From: Roseibacillus sp.
GTDB taxonomy: Bacteria; Verrucomicrobiota; Verrucomicrobiia; Verrucomicrobiales; Akkermansiaceae
Length of the DNA: 64,000 bases
Assembly: GCA_051251855.1 (NCBI GenBank)
Contig: JBPOGI010000002.1
Coordinates: 704,001-768,000 of the forward strand
Direction: 5' to 3'
Both the position numbers and the translations under genes were made by a program. This document shows positions 1 through 8,553 of the stretch, one piece after another. The notes below the pieces were generated by a model, which had not been told where the DNA came from, did not search any database, and saw only the letters and a program-made list of their open reading frames with translations. The number at the start of each line of letters is the position of its first letter. Positions within the stretch are counted from its first letter, which is position 1.

Positions 1-441
1 GGCCGCGGTGACCGAGTCGGTGGGGATGCCGGCGAGGGCGAGACCACTCGTGAGCCAGCCCATGCGATCATTTTCTTCTCCCCCAAAGCCAGCGTCGAAG
101 ATGACGGTTTCCTTGTCGGTGCGCACGACGAGGATGTTGGCGTAGAGAGGGAGAGCCTCGTTGAGTTTACGGCCTTCTGATTGCACGAGCTTCTCCATCT
201 CGGGACGGTCTTCTTCGGGCCACATCAAGCCGATCCCTTTGCCGATGAAGAAAAAGGCATCGGAGATGGACCAGGCTTCGGCATCGCCGATCTGAAACTT
301 GTAAATGTGGGGTGCTCCGTGAATGAGCGGTGAGGTAGGAGTGGTGCCTTTGGTCTCCTCTTGTCCTGAGGAGAGAGCGGCGAGACCTAAGCTGGAACCG
401 AGAGAGGTGGTGAGAAATTGACGGCGATTGGCGCTGGGCAT
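1..441 (-). CDS. Tat-exported MBL-fold metallo-hydrolase, 3' part beyond window edge
   Basis: My translation from ATG at 441: MPSANRRQFLTTSLG...YKFQIGDAEAWSISDA...LYANILVVRTDKETVIFDAGFG...LALAGIPTDSVTAA; twin-Arg RRQFL signal; N-terminal pattern resembles methyl-parathion-hydrolase-like MBL proteins; open to base 1. Confidence 0.75.
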   Translation of the reverse strand, partial: MPSANRRQFLTTSLGSSLGLAALSSGQEETKGTTPTSPLIHGAPHIYKFQIGDAEAWSISDAFFFIGKGIGLMWPEEDRPEMEKLVQSEGRKLNEALPLYANILVVRTDKETVIFDAGFGGEENDRMGWLTSGLALAGIPTDSVTAA

Positions 442-544
442 CTTATCTCTACGAAACCGCGCAGCCTTATCTTCCGCAAGAAAATTGCGGAGGCGGGACA
501 GCTTGTAGGCTTGCCTCAGTTTCTCACTGGCTAGACTGAGCGGT

Positions 545-1303
545 ATGAAACTGATTTCTTGGAATGTGAATGGAGTTCGTGCCTGCCTGAAGAAGGGGTT
601 GGCTGATTTTTTGGCTGCAGAGAATCCGGATGTGCTTTGTTTGCAAGAGACGAAGGCGCGTGAGGAGCAGGTGGAGTTGCCGCTAGAGTTTGGAGGGTAT
701 CGTTCCTATTGGAATAGTGCCGAGAAGGCGGGTTACTCGGGGACTGCGATTTTCACGAAGACGGAGCCGATTTCGGTTACCCATGGATTGGGGATTGCGG
801 AGCATGATACCGAGGGGCGTGTTTTGACGGCGGAGTATGAAGGGTTTTACCTAGTGACGGTTTATACGCCGAACTCTAAAGACGGGCTGCTGCGGCTTCC
901 TTATCGGCAAGTGTGGGACGCGGCCTTTTTGGATTTTTGTAAGGAATTAGAGACGAGGAAGCCGGTGATTTTTTGTGGAGACTTGAATGTGGCTCATACT
1001 GAAATTGATTTGGCGCGTCCGAGTTCGAATCATAAGAGCGCGGGGTTTAGTGATGAAGAGAGGGCGGGGTTTGATGCCATGATCGAGGCGGGGTTTGTGG
1101 ATAGTTTTCGAGTGGAAAATCCGGGGGTGGAAGGGGCGTATTCTTGGTGGTCGTATCGGGGAGGGGCTCGTTCGCGGAATGTGGGCTGGCGTTTGGATTA
1201 CTTTAATGTGAGTGGCAAATTCGTTGAGAAGACGAAAGAGCCTGTTATCTACAATGAAGTGTTAGGTTCGGACCATTGTCCAGTGGGCTTGACGGTGGAG
1301 TAG
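545..1303 (+). CDS. xth: Exodeoxyribonuclease III (AP endonuclease)
   Basis: SWNVNG, LQETK, GDLNVAH, GWRLDY, SDHCP motifs. Confidence 0.95.
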   Translation: MKLISWNVNGVRACLKKGLADFLAAENPDVLCLQETKAREEQVELPLEFGGYRSYWNSAEKAGYSGTAIFTKTEPISVTHGLGIAEHDTEGRVLTAEYEGFYLVTVYTPNSKDGLLRLPYRQVWDAAFLDFCKELETRKPVIFCGDLNVAHTEIDLARPSSNHKSAGFSDEERAGFDAMIEAGFVDSFRVENPGVEGAYSWWSYRGGARSRNVGWRLDYFNVSGKFVEKTKEPVIYNEVLGSDHCPVGLTVE

Positions 1304-1477
1304 ATGCGGTTGGTTGTCCTTTTGTTCAGGGGATTGTTATGCACTAAAGCGCACTTGGTTTTATTCAAAAATTGTGAGGAAAAAATTCGCAATTAGATTG
1401 AATAAAAGAGTGTTAAAAAAATTGCGACTCTTCGGAAAAACGTTCGTTAAATGGGGTGCTGATAAGGCAATAATACT

Positions 1478-1816
1478 ATGAACAAAAACAAAACTATTAT
1501 CGGAATCATCCTCTCTGGAATCCTCGCTGTAGGAGCTCAAGCTCGTCCCAATGACTCAAGAAAAAGTGACTCGCGTAATTCTCGGAGCCAAGCACCTTTG
1601 GTGCAGACGCAGAAGAAAGGGAAGGTGCAAAGCTACTCTCGAGGTCACTCAAAGGGCTACGGGCGAACTTATAATTCCCGCTCTGTAAGACCTGTTGCTC
1701 GGTTGCCTCGCAACTCCAAGCGCGTTTCGTTTCGTGGGGTGACCTTCTATGTTTCTAACGGGGTTTGCTACCAGCCCGCTCGCGGGGGATATGTTTCAGT
1801 GCGACGTCCTTGGTAG
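1478..1816 (+). CDS. Small basic secreted hypothetical protein (DUF6515-like C-terminus)
   Basis: Signal peptide ending AQA; Arg/Ser-rich; C-terminal LP...V.F.G..FY...GV.Y pattern; followed by terminator. Confidence 0.6.
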   Translation: MNKNKTIIGIILSGILAVGAQARPNDSRKSDSRNSRSQAPLVQTQKKGKVQSYSRGHSKGYGRTYNSRSVRPVARLPRNSKRVSFRGVTFYVSNGVCYQPARGGYVSVRRPW

Positions 1817-1847
1817 AAACGAGAAGTGAACCGTTTACCTGATTTCT

Positions 1848-1881
1848 AAGCCTGGTCTCTTTTGGGAGGCTGGGCTTTTTT
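1848..1881 (+). terminator. Intrinsic terminator
   Basis: AAGCCTGGTCTCT-TTTG-GGAGGCTGGGCTT stem (with G:U pairs) followed by a T tract. Confidence 0.7.
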
Positions 1882-1888
1882 CGGTAGG

Positions 1889-1988
1889 ACTGGGAGCGCT
1901 AGTCTTTGACCGGGTTCAACGAAAGAGGGCGACGAAACGGAGCGAAGAAACGGACCAGTGGGGCTGGTCAAAGACCGGCGCTCCTAGT
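1889..1988. repeat. REP-like inverted doublet
   Basis: ACTGGGAGCGCTAGTCTTTGACC (1889-1911) vs GGTCAAAGACCGGCGCTCCTAGT (1966-1988), 20/23 complementary; lies between convergent genes. Confidence 0.7.
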
Positions 1989-2009
1989 GACGCTCGCAGT
2001 GACGTTCGT

Positions 2010-3284
2010 TTAGGCGATGGTGTCGCTGCCGAAGTATTTCTGCAGGGGTTCGGGCACGGTGATGGTGCCGTCAGCATTTTGATATTGCTCGATGAGAGCG
2101 ACCATCAAACGGGGAAGGGCTGTTCCGGAACCATTGAGAGTGTGGCAGAAGTTGTTTTTCCCGTCGGCATCTTTATAGCGCAGCTTCATGCGGCGTGCTT
2201 GGTAGTCGCCAAAGTTTGAGCAGCTCGAGACTTCGAGATATTTTCCGTGGCCTGGAGCCCAAACCTCGATGTCGTAGGTTTGGCAGGCACTGAATCCGAC
2301 GTCGCCGGTGCAGAGTTCGATAACGCGGTAGTGAAGACCGAGAGATTGAAGAGCGCTTTCGGCATGGCCGGTCAGCTCTTCTAACACTGCGGCAGACTTT
2401 TCGGGATGAGCCAACTGCACGAGTTCGATTTTGTCGAACTGGTGCATACGGATGATGCCTTTGTTGTCGCGACCTGCAGAACCAGCTTCGCGGCGGAAGC
2501 AGGGGGTGTGGGCGGTCATTTTGACTGGGAGCTGGTCCTCGGCCAAAATGGTGTCGCGATAGAGGTTGGTGACGGGGACCTCGGCAGTGGGCGCGAGGAA
2601 GGTTTGACCGTCGTTGAGGCCATACATGTCGTCTTCGAATTTTGGCAACTGTCCGGTGCCGAACATGCACTCACGATTGATGAGGTGAGGGACGTTGACT
2701 TCCTCGTAACCGTTGGTCTCAGTTTGAAGGTCTAACAGATACTGAATGAGGGCCCGTTGAAGCTTGGCTCCTTGGCCACGATAGACCGCAAAACCGCTGC
2801 CGGCGATACGCACGGCGTCTTCAAAGGAAATGATTCCAAGTCCCTCTGCGAGTTCCACGTGATCCTTGGCATCTGCGATCTCCTTTTTCTCTCCCCATTC
2901 GCGGAGGACGGGATTGGCGTCTTCGTCTTCGCCGATGGGGCAGCCTTCATGAGGAAGGTTGGGAATGGAGAGGAGGAGGGCCATCTGATGTTCTTCGGCC
3001 TCGTTGGATTGCTCGTCGAGGACGCTGATTTTGTCGCCAATGATGCGGACTTGCTCTTTGATGGCTTCGGCTTCGTCGGCTTTGCCTTGACCCATGAGGG
3101 CTCCGATTTGCTTGGAAAGGGTTTTGCGCTCGGACTGGAAACCCTGCTTGTCGGTTTCGGCTTTGCGGCGGGTTTCGTCGTAGGCGAGAACCTTGTCCAC
3201 AAGGGTGTGTGGGTCGCCTCCACGGGTGCGGACGCGGTCTTTGACGAAGTCTGGTTGTTCGCGAAGGAGCTTGATGTCGAGCAT
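2010..3284 (-). CDS. serS: Serine--tRNA ligase
   Basis: MLDIKLLR start, PTAEVP, FRREAG, MHQFDK, EVSSCSN, TLNGSG motifs. Confidence 0.97.
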   Translation of the reverse strand: MLDIKLLREQPDFVKDRVRTRGGDPHTLVDKVLAYDETRRKAETDKQGFQSERKTLSKQIGALMGQGKADEAEAIKEQVRIIGDKISVLDEQSNEAEEHQMALLLSIPNLPHEGCPIGEDEDANPVLREWGEKKEIADAKDHVELAEGLGIISFEDAVRIAGSGFAVYRGQGAKLQRALIQYLLDLQTETNGYEEVNVPHLINRECMFGTGQLPKFEDDMYGLNDGQTFLAPTAEVPVTNLYRDTILAEDQLPVKMTAHTPCFRREAGSAGRDNKGIIRMHQFDKIELVQLAHPEKSAAVLEELTGHAESALQSLGLHYRVIELCTGDVGFSACQTYDIEVWAPGHGKYLEVSSCSNFGDYQARRMKLRYKDADGKNNFCHTLNGSGTALPRLMVALIEQYQNADGTITVPEPLQKYFGSDTIA

Positions 3285-3383
3285 TACGCGGCGGTTTAAA
3301 CATGAAATGGGGCCAGATTCACGAATTTGTTTGCCTTAAATAGGCGTTGTCGGGAACGAATTGGGCACTAACCTAAGCGGGGA

Positions 3384-4076
3384 ATGAACTGGCGTTGGTT
3401 TCAATACTTCTTTGCGATAGCAGCGGCGGTGGCTCCTTTGTTGGGGGTCTTCTTCTGGGGCTGGAATGCGCGTGAGGTGGTGTTAATCTATTGGTTCGAG
3501 AACTTGGTGATCGGCTTTTGGCAGTTGATGAAGATGGCGGCAGTGGGAGGCCTAAAGATGAAAATGGGAGGTCCCTTCGCGGCGCCGGGAGTCATCTTTA
3601 CGATGCTCTTTTTTGCGATGCACTACGGAGGTTTTTGCGCAGGGCACGGGGTGTTTGTGCTGGAGTTAACGGATGCAGGAGAAACCGGAGGAGCGATGGA
3701 GGTTCTCGATATGAAGAACTTGAAGGTGTTCTTGGGTCCTTTGGTGTTTTTGCAGATGCTCTACCTAGTGGCGCTGCAGGCTTGGGAGTCTCTTCCGGTG
3801 GCGAGCCTTTGGTCAGTGGCGTCGCTTTTTGCGATGCGGGGGCTGGGCTTTTTTCAGGACTTTATTTTCTCAGGTAAGTGGAAGGAGGCGCAGGTTCAGA
3901 AGCTGATGTTCGAGCCTTACAAGAATATCATTGCGCTCCATATTGCGATTGTCTTTGGGGCGGGGTTGGCAATGGCCTTCGAGGGGGCATGGCCGGTACT
4001 GGCGCTGATTGTAGTCGGGAAGCTGGTGATGGACTTTGTGAGCCTGCGGAAGCAGGAGGTGGAGTTGGGGAATTAA
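3384..4076 (+). CDS. Membrane protein (DUF6498-like)
   Basis: PLLGVFFWGW, YWFEN, FFAMHYGGF...HG.F, MFEPY...LH pattern; multiple hydrophobic helices. Confidence 0.7.
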   Translation: MNWRWFQYFFAIAAAVAPLLGVFFWGWNAREVVLIYWFENLVIGFWQLMKMAAVGGLKMKMGGPFAAPGVIFTMLFFAMHYGGFCAGHGVFVLELTDAGETGGAMEVLDMKNLKVFLGPLVFLQMLYLVALQAWESLPVASLWSVASLFAMRGLGFFQDFIFSGKWKEAQVQKLMFEPYKNIIALHIAIVFGAGLAMAFEGAWPVLALIVVGKLVMDFVSLRKQEVELGN

Positions 4077-5101
4077 GGAGCGTGTTCTCGCTGTCCGATT
4101 TGTTCGATAGCCCACTCGGCGTGTTCGGAGATGAGTTCGTCGGGGTCTTGGGTGGCTTGTCGAAGGGCGGGGAGGTCGTCGGTGGTGCCGGTGTTGCCAA
4201 GGGCGACGCAGACGTTGCGGAGGAAGCGGGGGCGTTTGGAGCGCTTGATGGGGGATTTGCTGAAGAGGCTGCGGAATTCGAGGTCGCTGAGAGCGAGGAA
4301 GTCGCGCAGGCTGTGGTCGAAAATGGTCTCTCGGGCGTGGAGCTGGGTTTCTTGAGAGACTTTTGCGAAGCGGTTCCAAGGGCAGATGGTGAGGCAGTCG
4401 TCGCAGCCGTAGATGCGGTCGCCCATCATGGGGCGGAGTTCGAGGGGGATGGGGCCTTTGTGCTCGATTGTGAGGTAGGAGATGCAGCGTCGCGCATCCA
4501 TGGAGTGGGGGGAAGTGATGGCTTGGGTAGGGCAGGCGTCGATGCAGGCGGTGCATTTGCCGCAGTGGTCGTTCTCGGGCTTGTCGATGGGGAGGGAGAG
4601 GGTGGTGAGGAGGTCGGCGAGGAAGAACCAGGTGCCGAGGCCCCGATGGATTTGGACGGTGGATTTTCCGTTCCAGCCGAGGCCTGCTTCGTTGGCGAAG
4701 TCGCGTTCGAGGACGGGGCCGGTGTCGGTGTAGTAGCGTTGGGTTCCACCGTGTTGTTCGAGGAAGGTGTTGAGTTCGCGGAGACGGGGAGTGATGATGT
4801 CGTGGTAATCGCGGTTCCAAGAGTAGGATGCGATGCGGTAGTTGGCGGGCGGGTGTGGCCCGGTGTGGTAGTTGAAGGCCATCACGACGACGGACTGACA
4901 GCCGGGGAGGACGATGCGCGGGTCGGAGCGGCGCTCGGGGTCGCGCTCCAGCCAAGTCATGTCGCCGTGCTTGCCGTCCTTGATCCAATCCTGGTAGGCA
5001 TCGGCGTGGGGGGCGCGAAGAGCGGGTGCGACTCGGAGGTCTGCGAAACCGAGTTCGCGGGACTTTTCGGTGAGAAGGGATTTGAGTTCGGCTGGGTCGA
5101 T
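4073..5101 (-). CDS. queG: tRNA epoxyqueuosine(34) reductase QueG; start probably non-canonical ATC at 5101
   Basis: DYH, DTGPVLER, AGLGW.GK, CGKCTACIDACPT, RCISYLTIE, IYGCDDC...CPWN; frame stays open 47 codons upstream of ATG 4960 and encodes ELGF...W...GKHGDM. Confidence 0.9.
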   Translation of the reverse strand: MDPAELKSLLTEKSRELGFADLRVAPALRAPHADAYQDWIKDGKHGDMTWLERDPERRSDPRIVLPGCQSVVVMAFNYHTGPHPPANYRIASYSWNRDYHDIITPRLRELNTFLEQHGGTQRYYTDTGPVLERDFANEAGLGWNGKSTVQIHRGLGTWFFLADLLTTLSLPIDKPENDHCGKCTACIDACPTQAITSPHSMDARRCISYLTIEHKGPIPLELRPMMGDRIYGCDDCLTICPWNRFAKVSQETQLHARETIFDHSLRDFLALSDLEFRSLFSKSPIKRSKRPRFLRNVCVALGNTGTTDDLPALRQATQDPDELISEHAEWAIEQIGQREHAP

Positions 5102-5203
5102 GAGGGGACTCTAACCTGAGAGGATGGGGGAGTGGAGAGCGAATTTTGGTCAGGTGCTGTGGGGTGACTTGTTTTTTACGGGAAGTGGAGGGAAGCTATC
5201 ACT

Positions 5204-6439
5204 GTGGGAAACGGCGAGCAGGTTTTTTTGAAACGAAATTGGAAGAGATTGCTTCTTGGCTATCTCGCAGCGCTTGGGGCTTCTCAACTCTACCTCGGGT
5301 TGCGGGGGGAGAATGATTCGGTGGAAAGTGAAACTTCGGTTGAGACTCCGGATGGAGTGCTAGCTTATCATGAGTGGGGTGAGCGGGAAGGGGTGCCGTT
5401 GATTCTTTCCCATGGCAGCCCCAGTGGGGGTGGGGGCGGTGACTTTGAGGAGTTCGCGATTGAGTTGGCAAAGGAGCGTTGGGTGATTGCGCCTGATCGG
5501 CTGGGCTTCGGTCGTTCGTCAAAGAGTGCCAAGGATCTTTCTTTTTTAGCGGATGCGTCTTCCACCTTTGTGCTCATGGATGAGCTTGGGATTGAGACGG
5601 CGGATGTGATGGGATGGTCGTATGGAGGCGGGGTGGTTTTGGAGATGGCGTCTCGGAGACCCGAGCGAGTGCGAAGTGTGGGTTTGTTGGGAGCGATTGG
5701 GATTCAGGAGGGTGAAGGCAGTGGCAGTTATTGGGTCGAGCATCTCAAGTATAAGGCTTTGTGGGGGGCGCTGGTTGCTTTGCCGGAAGTGATTCCGCAT
5801 TTTGGGTTGGCAGGACCGCGTTGGTTTCGGCGGTCGTTTGTGAAGGATTTTGCGGATGCGGACCAACGGCCTTTACGAGGGATTATGAAGTCTTTGAAGC
5901 AACCGGTGCTGATCGTTCATGGAAAGGACGATCCCTTAGTACCGGCTTGGGCTGCGGAGGAGCATCATGAGCTTCTTGGGCAGAGTCGGCTGGAAATTCT
6001 CGCGGGGTCTCATTTTTTCCCCGCGGGTGGAGAGGGAATGGAGTCTGCGGCGAAAGCCGTGGAAGGGTTCTTAGGGGAAGTGTCGGAAGAGAGGGTGGTT
6101 TCGGGGAGTCGTTACGAAACTAAGCGAAAGAATATGAAGGCGCTCTGGGAGGGAGGACCGGAAGTCCGGGGTTGGAAGCCTTGGTGGCTGGTGATGGGGT
6201 TGAGCGCGGCTTTGGCTTGGTGGCGACCGCGGTTGACTTTGTTTATCGTGGCCTTGGGTGGAGGGCTGCTGATGTGGGATGCGGTGATTGGGTTTGTGGC
6301 GGTTTTTGGGGCTTTAGGTGGGAGGAAGTTCTTCGGAAAGCCTCTTGAGAAGCCAAGGTCGCGATGGTTTCCGATGCACCTCTTTTTCGATTTGGTGGCA
6401 GGGAGTTTAATTGGGGGCATGTTGCTGGCGGCTTTGTGA
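5204..6439 (+). CDS. Alpha/beta hydrolase with C-terminal membrane segment
   Basis: HGSP oxyanion motif, GWSYGG nucleophile elbow, HGKDD.LVP, GSHF; hydrophobic C-terminus; exact start uncertain. Confidence 0.8.
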   Translation: MGNGEQVFLKRNWKRLLLGYLAALGASQLYLGLRGENDSVESETSVETPDGVLAYHEWGEREGVPLILSHGSPSGGGGGDFEEFAIELAKERWVIAPDRLGFGRSSKSAKDLSFLADASSTFVLMDELGIETADVMGWSYGGGVVLEMASRRPERVRSVGLLGAIGIQEGEGSGSYWVEHLKYKALWGALVALPEVIPHFGLAGPRWFRRSFVKDFADADQRPLRGIMKSLKQPVLIVHGKDDPLVPAWAAEEHHELLGQSRLEILAGSHFFPAGGEGMESAAKAVEGFLGEVSEERVVSGSRYETKRKNMKALWEGGPEVRGWKPWWLVMGLSAALAWWRPRLTLFIVALGGGLLMWDAVIGFVAVFGALGGRKFFGKPLEKPRSRWFPMHLFFDLVAGSLIGGMLLAAL

Positions 6440-6470
6440 AGCAGCCTTGAGGCGGGAGAGTCCCAATTAT

Positions 6471-7475
6471 TTATTGGCCCATGGCGGCGGTCCAGCCAAC
6501 GGCGGTGAGTCCGACGAAGACGAAGAGTCCAATCGCTAACCAGGCGATGAACTTGGGTTTCATGATGGTGGAGTAGAGAAAGAGGAGCTTGACGTCCATC
6601 ATGGGGCCAAAGACGAGGAAGGCGAGGCGGGCTGCGGTGCGCGCGGCGGCGGGTGGGGCTAAAGTCGCAGCGATGAAGGCATCAGAAGTGCTGCAGAGGC
6701 TGAGCAAGAAGGCGAGCGCCATGAAGGCGGCGGTTTGCCCGAGGGCGGAGCCTTCCATGGATTCGAGCCATTCGGCTCCGGGGGCGATGCCGACGTTGAA
6801 GAGGGCGGTGATGATGACGCCAATGGTGAAGTATACACCTACGTCGGTGAAATCCTTGAGGGCCGCGCGCATGGAGAGGACGACACGGTTCTGTCCCTCG
6901 CTGCCGTGGTGATGATCGTCGTGCTCGTGATGATGGTCATGGTCGCAGTCTTTGTGGTCGCAGTCGTGGTGAGGGTGTTCTTTCTCCTTCTTGGTGTCCG
7001 CGGGCAGTACTTTAGGCTTGAGGATTTTGTCCATGGGAATGCGGAGGACAATGAGACCGACAAGGATGGCGGCGAGGTAGCCGAGGAGGACGCGGGAGAA
7101 GGTGAAGAACTCGGCACGCTCGGACCAGGTCTCGAAGTCGGGGAAGGCATTCCAGGTCGAGAAGATGGTGATGGGGTTCACGATGGGCGCGGCCAGCATA
7201 TAGGCGAAGGCGCAGCTCACAGGGAGGCCTTTGGCGACGAGACGACGAATGACGGGGACGACGGCGCACTCGCAAACGGGGAGAATTAAGCCGAGGAGGC
7301 CGGAGACAAGAACGGCGGCTGTCTTGTTCTTAGGGAGCATCTTTTCCATCGCTCCGGCGGGGAGGTAGACCCCGAGAAAGCCCGAGAGAAGGGTCCCAAG
7401 CAGGATAAAGGGTGCTCCTTCAAAAAGGATGGATTTGAAGGCGATGGCGAAGTTGGCGAAGTCGTCAGGGGACAC
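6471..7475 (-). CDS. Putative metal permease (DUF318/ArsP_1, YcgR-like) with His-rich loop
   Basis: E..PF...G, PVCEC..VP, AAPIVNP, LSLCSTSDAF, GPMMDVK; loop EHPHHDCDHKDCDHDHHHEHDDHHHG. Confidence 0.85.
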   Translation of the reverse strand: MSPDDFANFAIAFKSILFEGAPFILLGTLLSGFLGVYLPAGAMEKMLPKNKTAAVLVSGLLGLILPVCECAVVPVIRRLVAKGLPVSCAFAYMLAAPIVNPITIFSTWNAFPDFETWSERAEFFTFSRVLLGYLAAILVGLIVLRIPMDKILKPKVLPADTKKEKEHPHHDCDHKDCDHDHHHEHDDHHHGSEGQNRVVLSMRAALKDFTDVGVYFTIGVIITALFNVGIAPGAEWLESMEGSALGQTAAFMALAFLLSLCSTSDAFIAATLAPPAAARTAARLAFLVFGPMMDVKLLFLYSTIMKPKFIAWLAIGLFVFVGLTAVGWTAAMGQ

Positions 7476-7763
7476 GCTGAGGAGGAAACCAGAAATGAGA
7501 GTAGAAATGCGAGCAATAACGAGTGTGAGTCTTATTGGCGCGGGGTTTTAGCCATCAGGGAGAGTAGAAAGTTTCCCAGTAAATCCTCAGGAGTTGTTTT
7601 TCATGTAATTATTTTGTTTTAAGTTGGTTGCGTTCTTTTTGTTGCCTTGTTTGGGCTTTTGGGAAAGCCCTTTCGGTGACCGATCTGTGTTCAATTCTCT
7701 GGAATAGTTGCGGCAACTGACTGATGTGGTAGGTTTTGACTGTTCTTAGATGAACAAACTACA

Positions 7764-8339
7764 ATGAAACTAAAATTCGTATTTACGATGATGGCTGCTA
7801 GCGGTCTCTTCGTTGCGCCTGTTTTTGCTGACCATCATGGTGAGAAAAAGGCTGCAACAGAGGCATCAGCAGAAGGTTCAGTAGCGGCCTACGTGGTCGC
7901 TGCTTCTGGCGGCGGGTGAGGCGCTGCAGGAAAGGTCAGTTCGGCCTTGAAAAGTCAGGAAGGTGTCAAAACCGTCATTCTCTCCGGTCTCCGTGCCACA
8001 GTCATCATGGATGACGGCGCAGCTCTAGATGAAGCGAAGGTGAAAGCCGCCATCAAAGGAAAGAAGATGGAGTTCGTTTCCATGGAGAAGACCCAGATTA
8101 CTCGCCCTGTAGCGGCCTATGAGCTCGTGGTGAGCGGCGCTACATGAGCAATCAAAAATGAAAAGGCCCGTGTGGCCTTGGAAAAATTGGACGGAGTTTC
8201 CGGTGCGTTTGTGAATAACAACATCGCGCTCCACTTCTCAGAGGAAACCGAACTTGATGAGAAGCTTGTTGCTTCTGCTATCAAGGAGTTTGGAATGAAG
8301 GTGAAGAGCACCAAGAAGCTCGAAGCATTGCCATTCTAG
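7764..8339 (+). CDS. Candidate exported selenoprotein with two HMA-like repeats and two in-frame TGA (Sec) codons at 7917-7919 and 8145-8147; 191 aa if both are read through
   Basis: MKLKFVFTMMAASGLFVAPVFA-DHHG...VAAYVVAASGGG*GAAGKVSSALKSQEGV...LDEAKVKAAIK...VAAYELVVSGAT*AIKNEKARVALEKLDGV...LDEKLVASAIK...LPF-TAG; one frame throughout; SECIS-like hairpin after each TGA; terminator after the TAG. Confidence 0.8.
7932..7948 (+). promoter_or_regulatory. SECIS-like hairpin 1
   Basis: AAGGUC-AGUUC-GGCCUU; loop begins 18 nt after UGA 7917-7919; G at loop position 2 followed by U. Confidence 0.7.
8163..8179 (+). promoter_or_regulatory. SECIS-like hairpin 2
   Basis: AAGGCC-CGUGU-GGCCUU; loop begins 21 nt after UGA 8145-8147; G at loop position 2 followed by U. 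Confidence 0.7.
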
Positions 8340-8361
8340 CAGTTTCGATTCGATTAATTTT

Positions 8362-8400
8362 GAGAGGCCTGTCGCATCGTGCGGCAGGCCTTTCTTTTTT
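8362..8400 (+). terminator. Intrinsic terminator of the TGA-containing gene
   Basis: GAGAGGCCTGTCGCA-TCG-TGCGGCAGGCCTTTC followed by TTTTTT, 22 nt after TAG 8339. Confidence 0.85.
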
Positions 8401-8443
8401 GGCTCTGTCAGGTTTGGGGAGTGAGAATACGGAGTTGATGTTG

Positions 8444-8531
8444 AGGAGCTTCGACTTCAGGCGTCGAGCGTTGAGGTAAAGCATCAGTTGGGGAACCGGA
8501 CTAGTTGTGGACGACTGAAGTCGACCCTCCT
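8444..8531. repeat. REP-like inverted doublet
   Basis: AGGAGCTTCGACTTCAGGCGTC (8444-8465) vs GACGACTGAAGTCGACCCTCCT (8510-8531), 19/22 complementary. Confidence 0.65.
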
Positions 8532-8553
8532 GTTGCCGCCGCCTCGGCTCCGC

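Noticed and set aside
2010..3284. serS near the candidate selenoprotein as part of a Sec system
   Set aside because: SerRS does charge tRNA-Sec, but it is a universal housekeeping gene 4.5 kb away; no selA/B/C/D seen in the window
3878..5119. Long antisense/alternative-frame ORFs (also 10471-11544, 14734-15753, 28426-29442, 35496-36542, 45946-47013, 62689-63696)
   Set aside because: Shadows of well-supported genes on the opposite strand in GC-rich DNA; no recognisable motifs
7764..8339. Genome-wide UGA reassignment (code 4/25) or plain pseudogene as explanation of the two TGAs
   Set aside because: Other genes end at TGA at expected positions (e.g. lepA, the 5'-nucleotidase, the GTGA overlap at 20374-20377) and Trp is TGG. 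Both TGAs are at homologous Cys-type sites with matching hairpins and there are no frameshifts. Pseudogene is disfavoured, not excluded.
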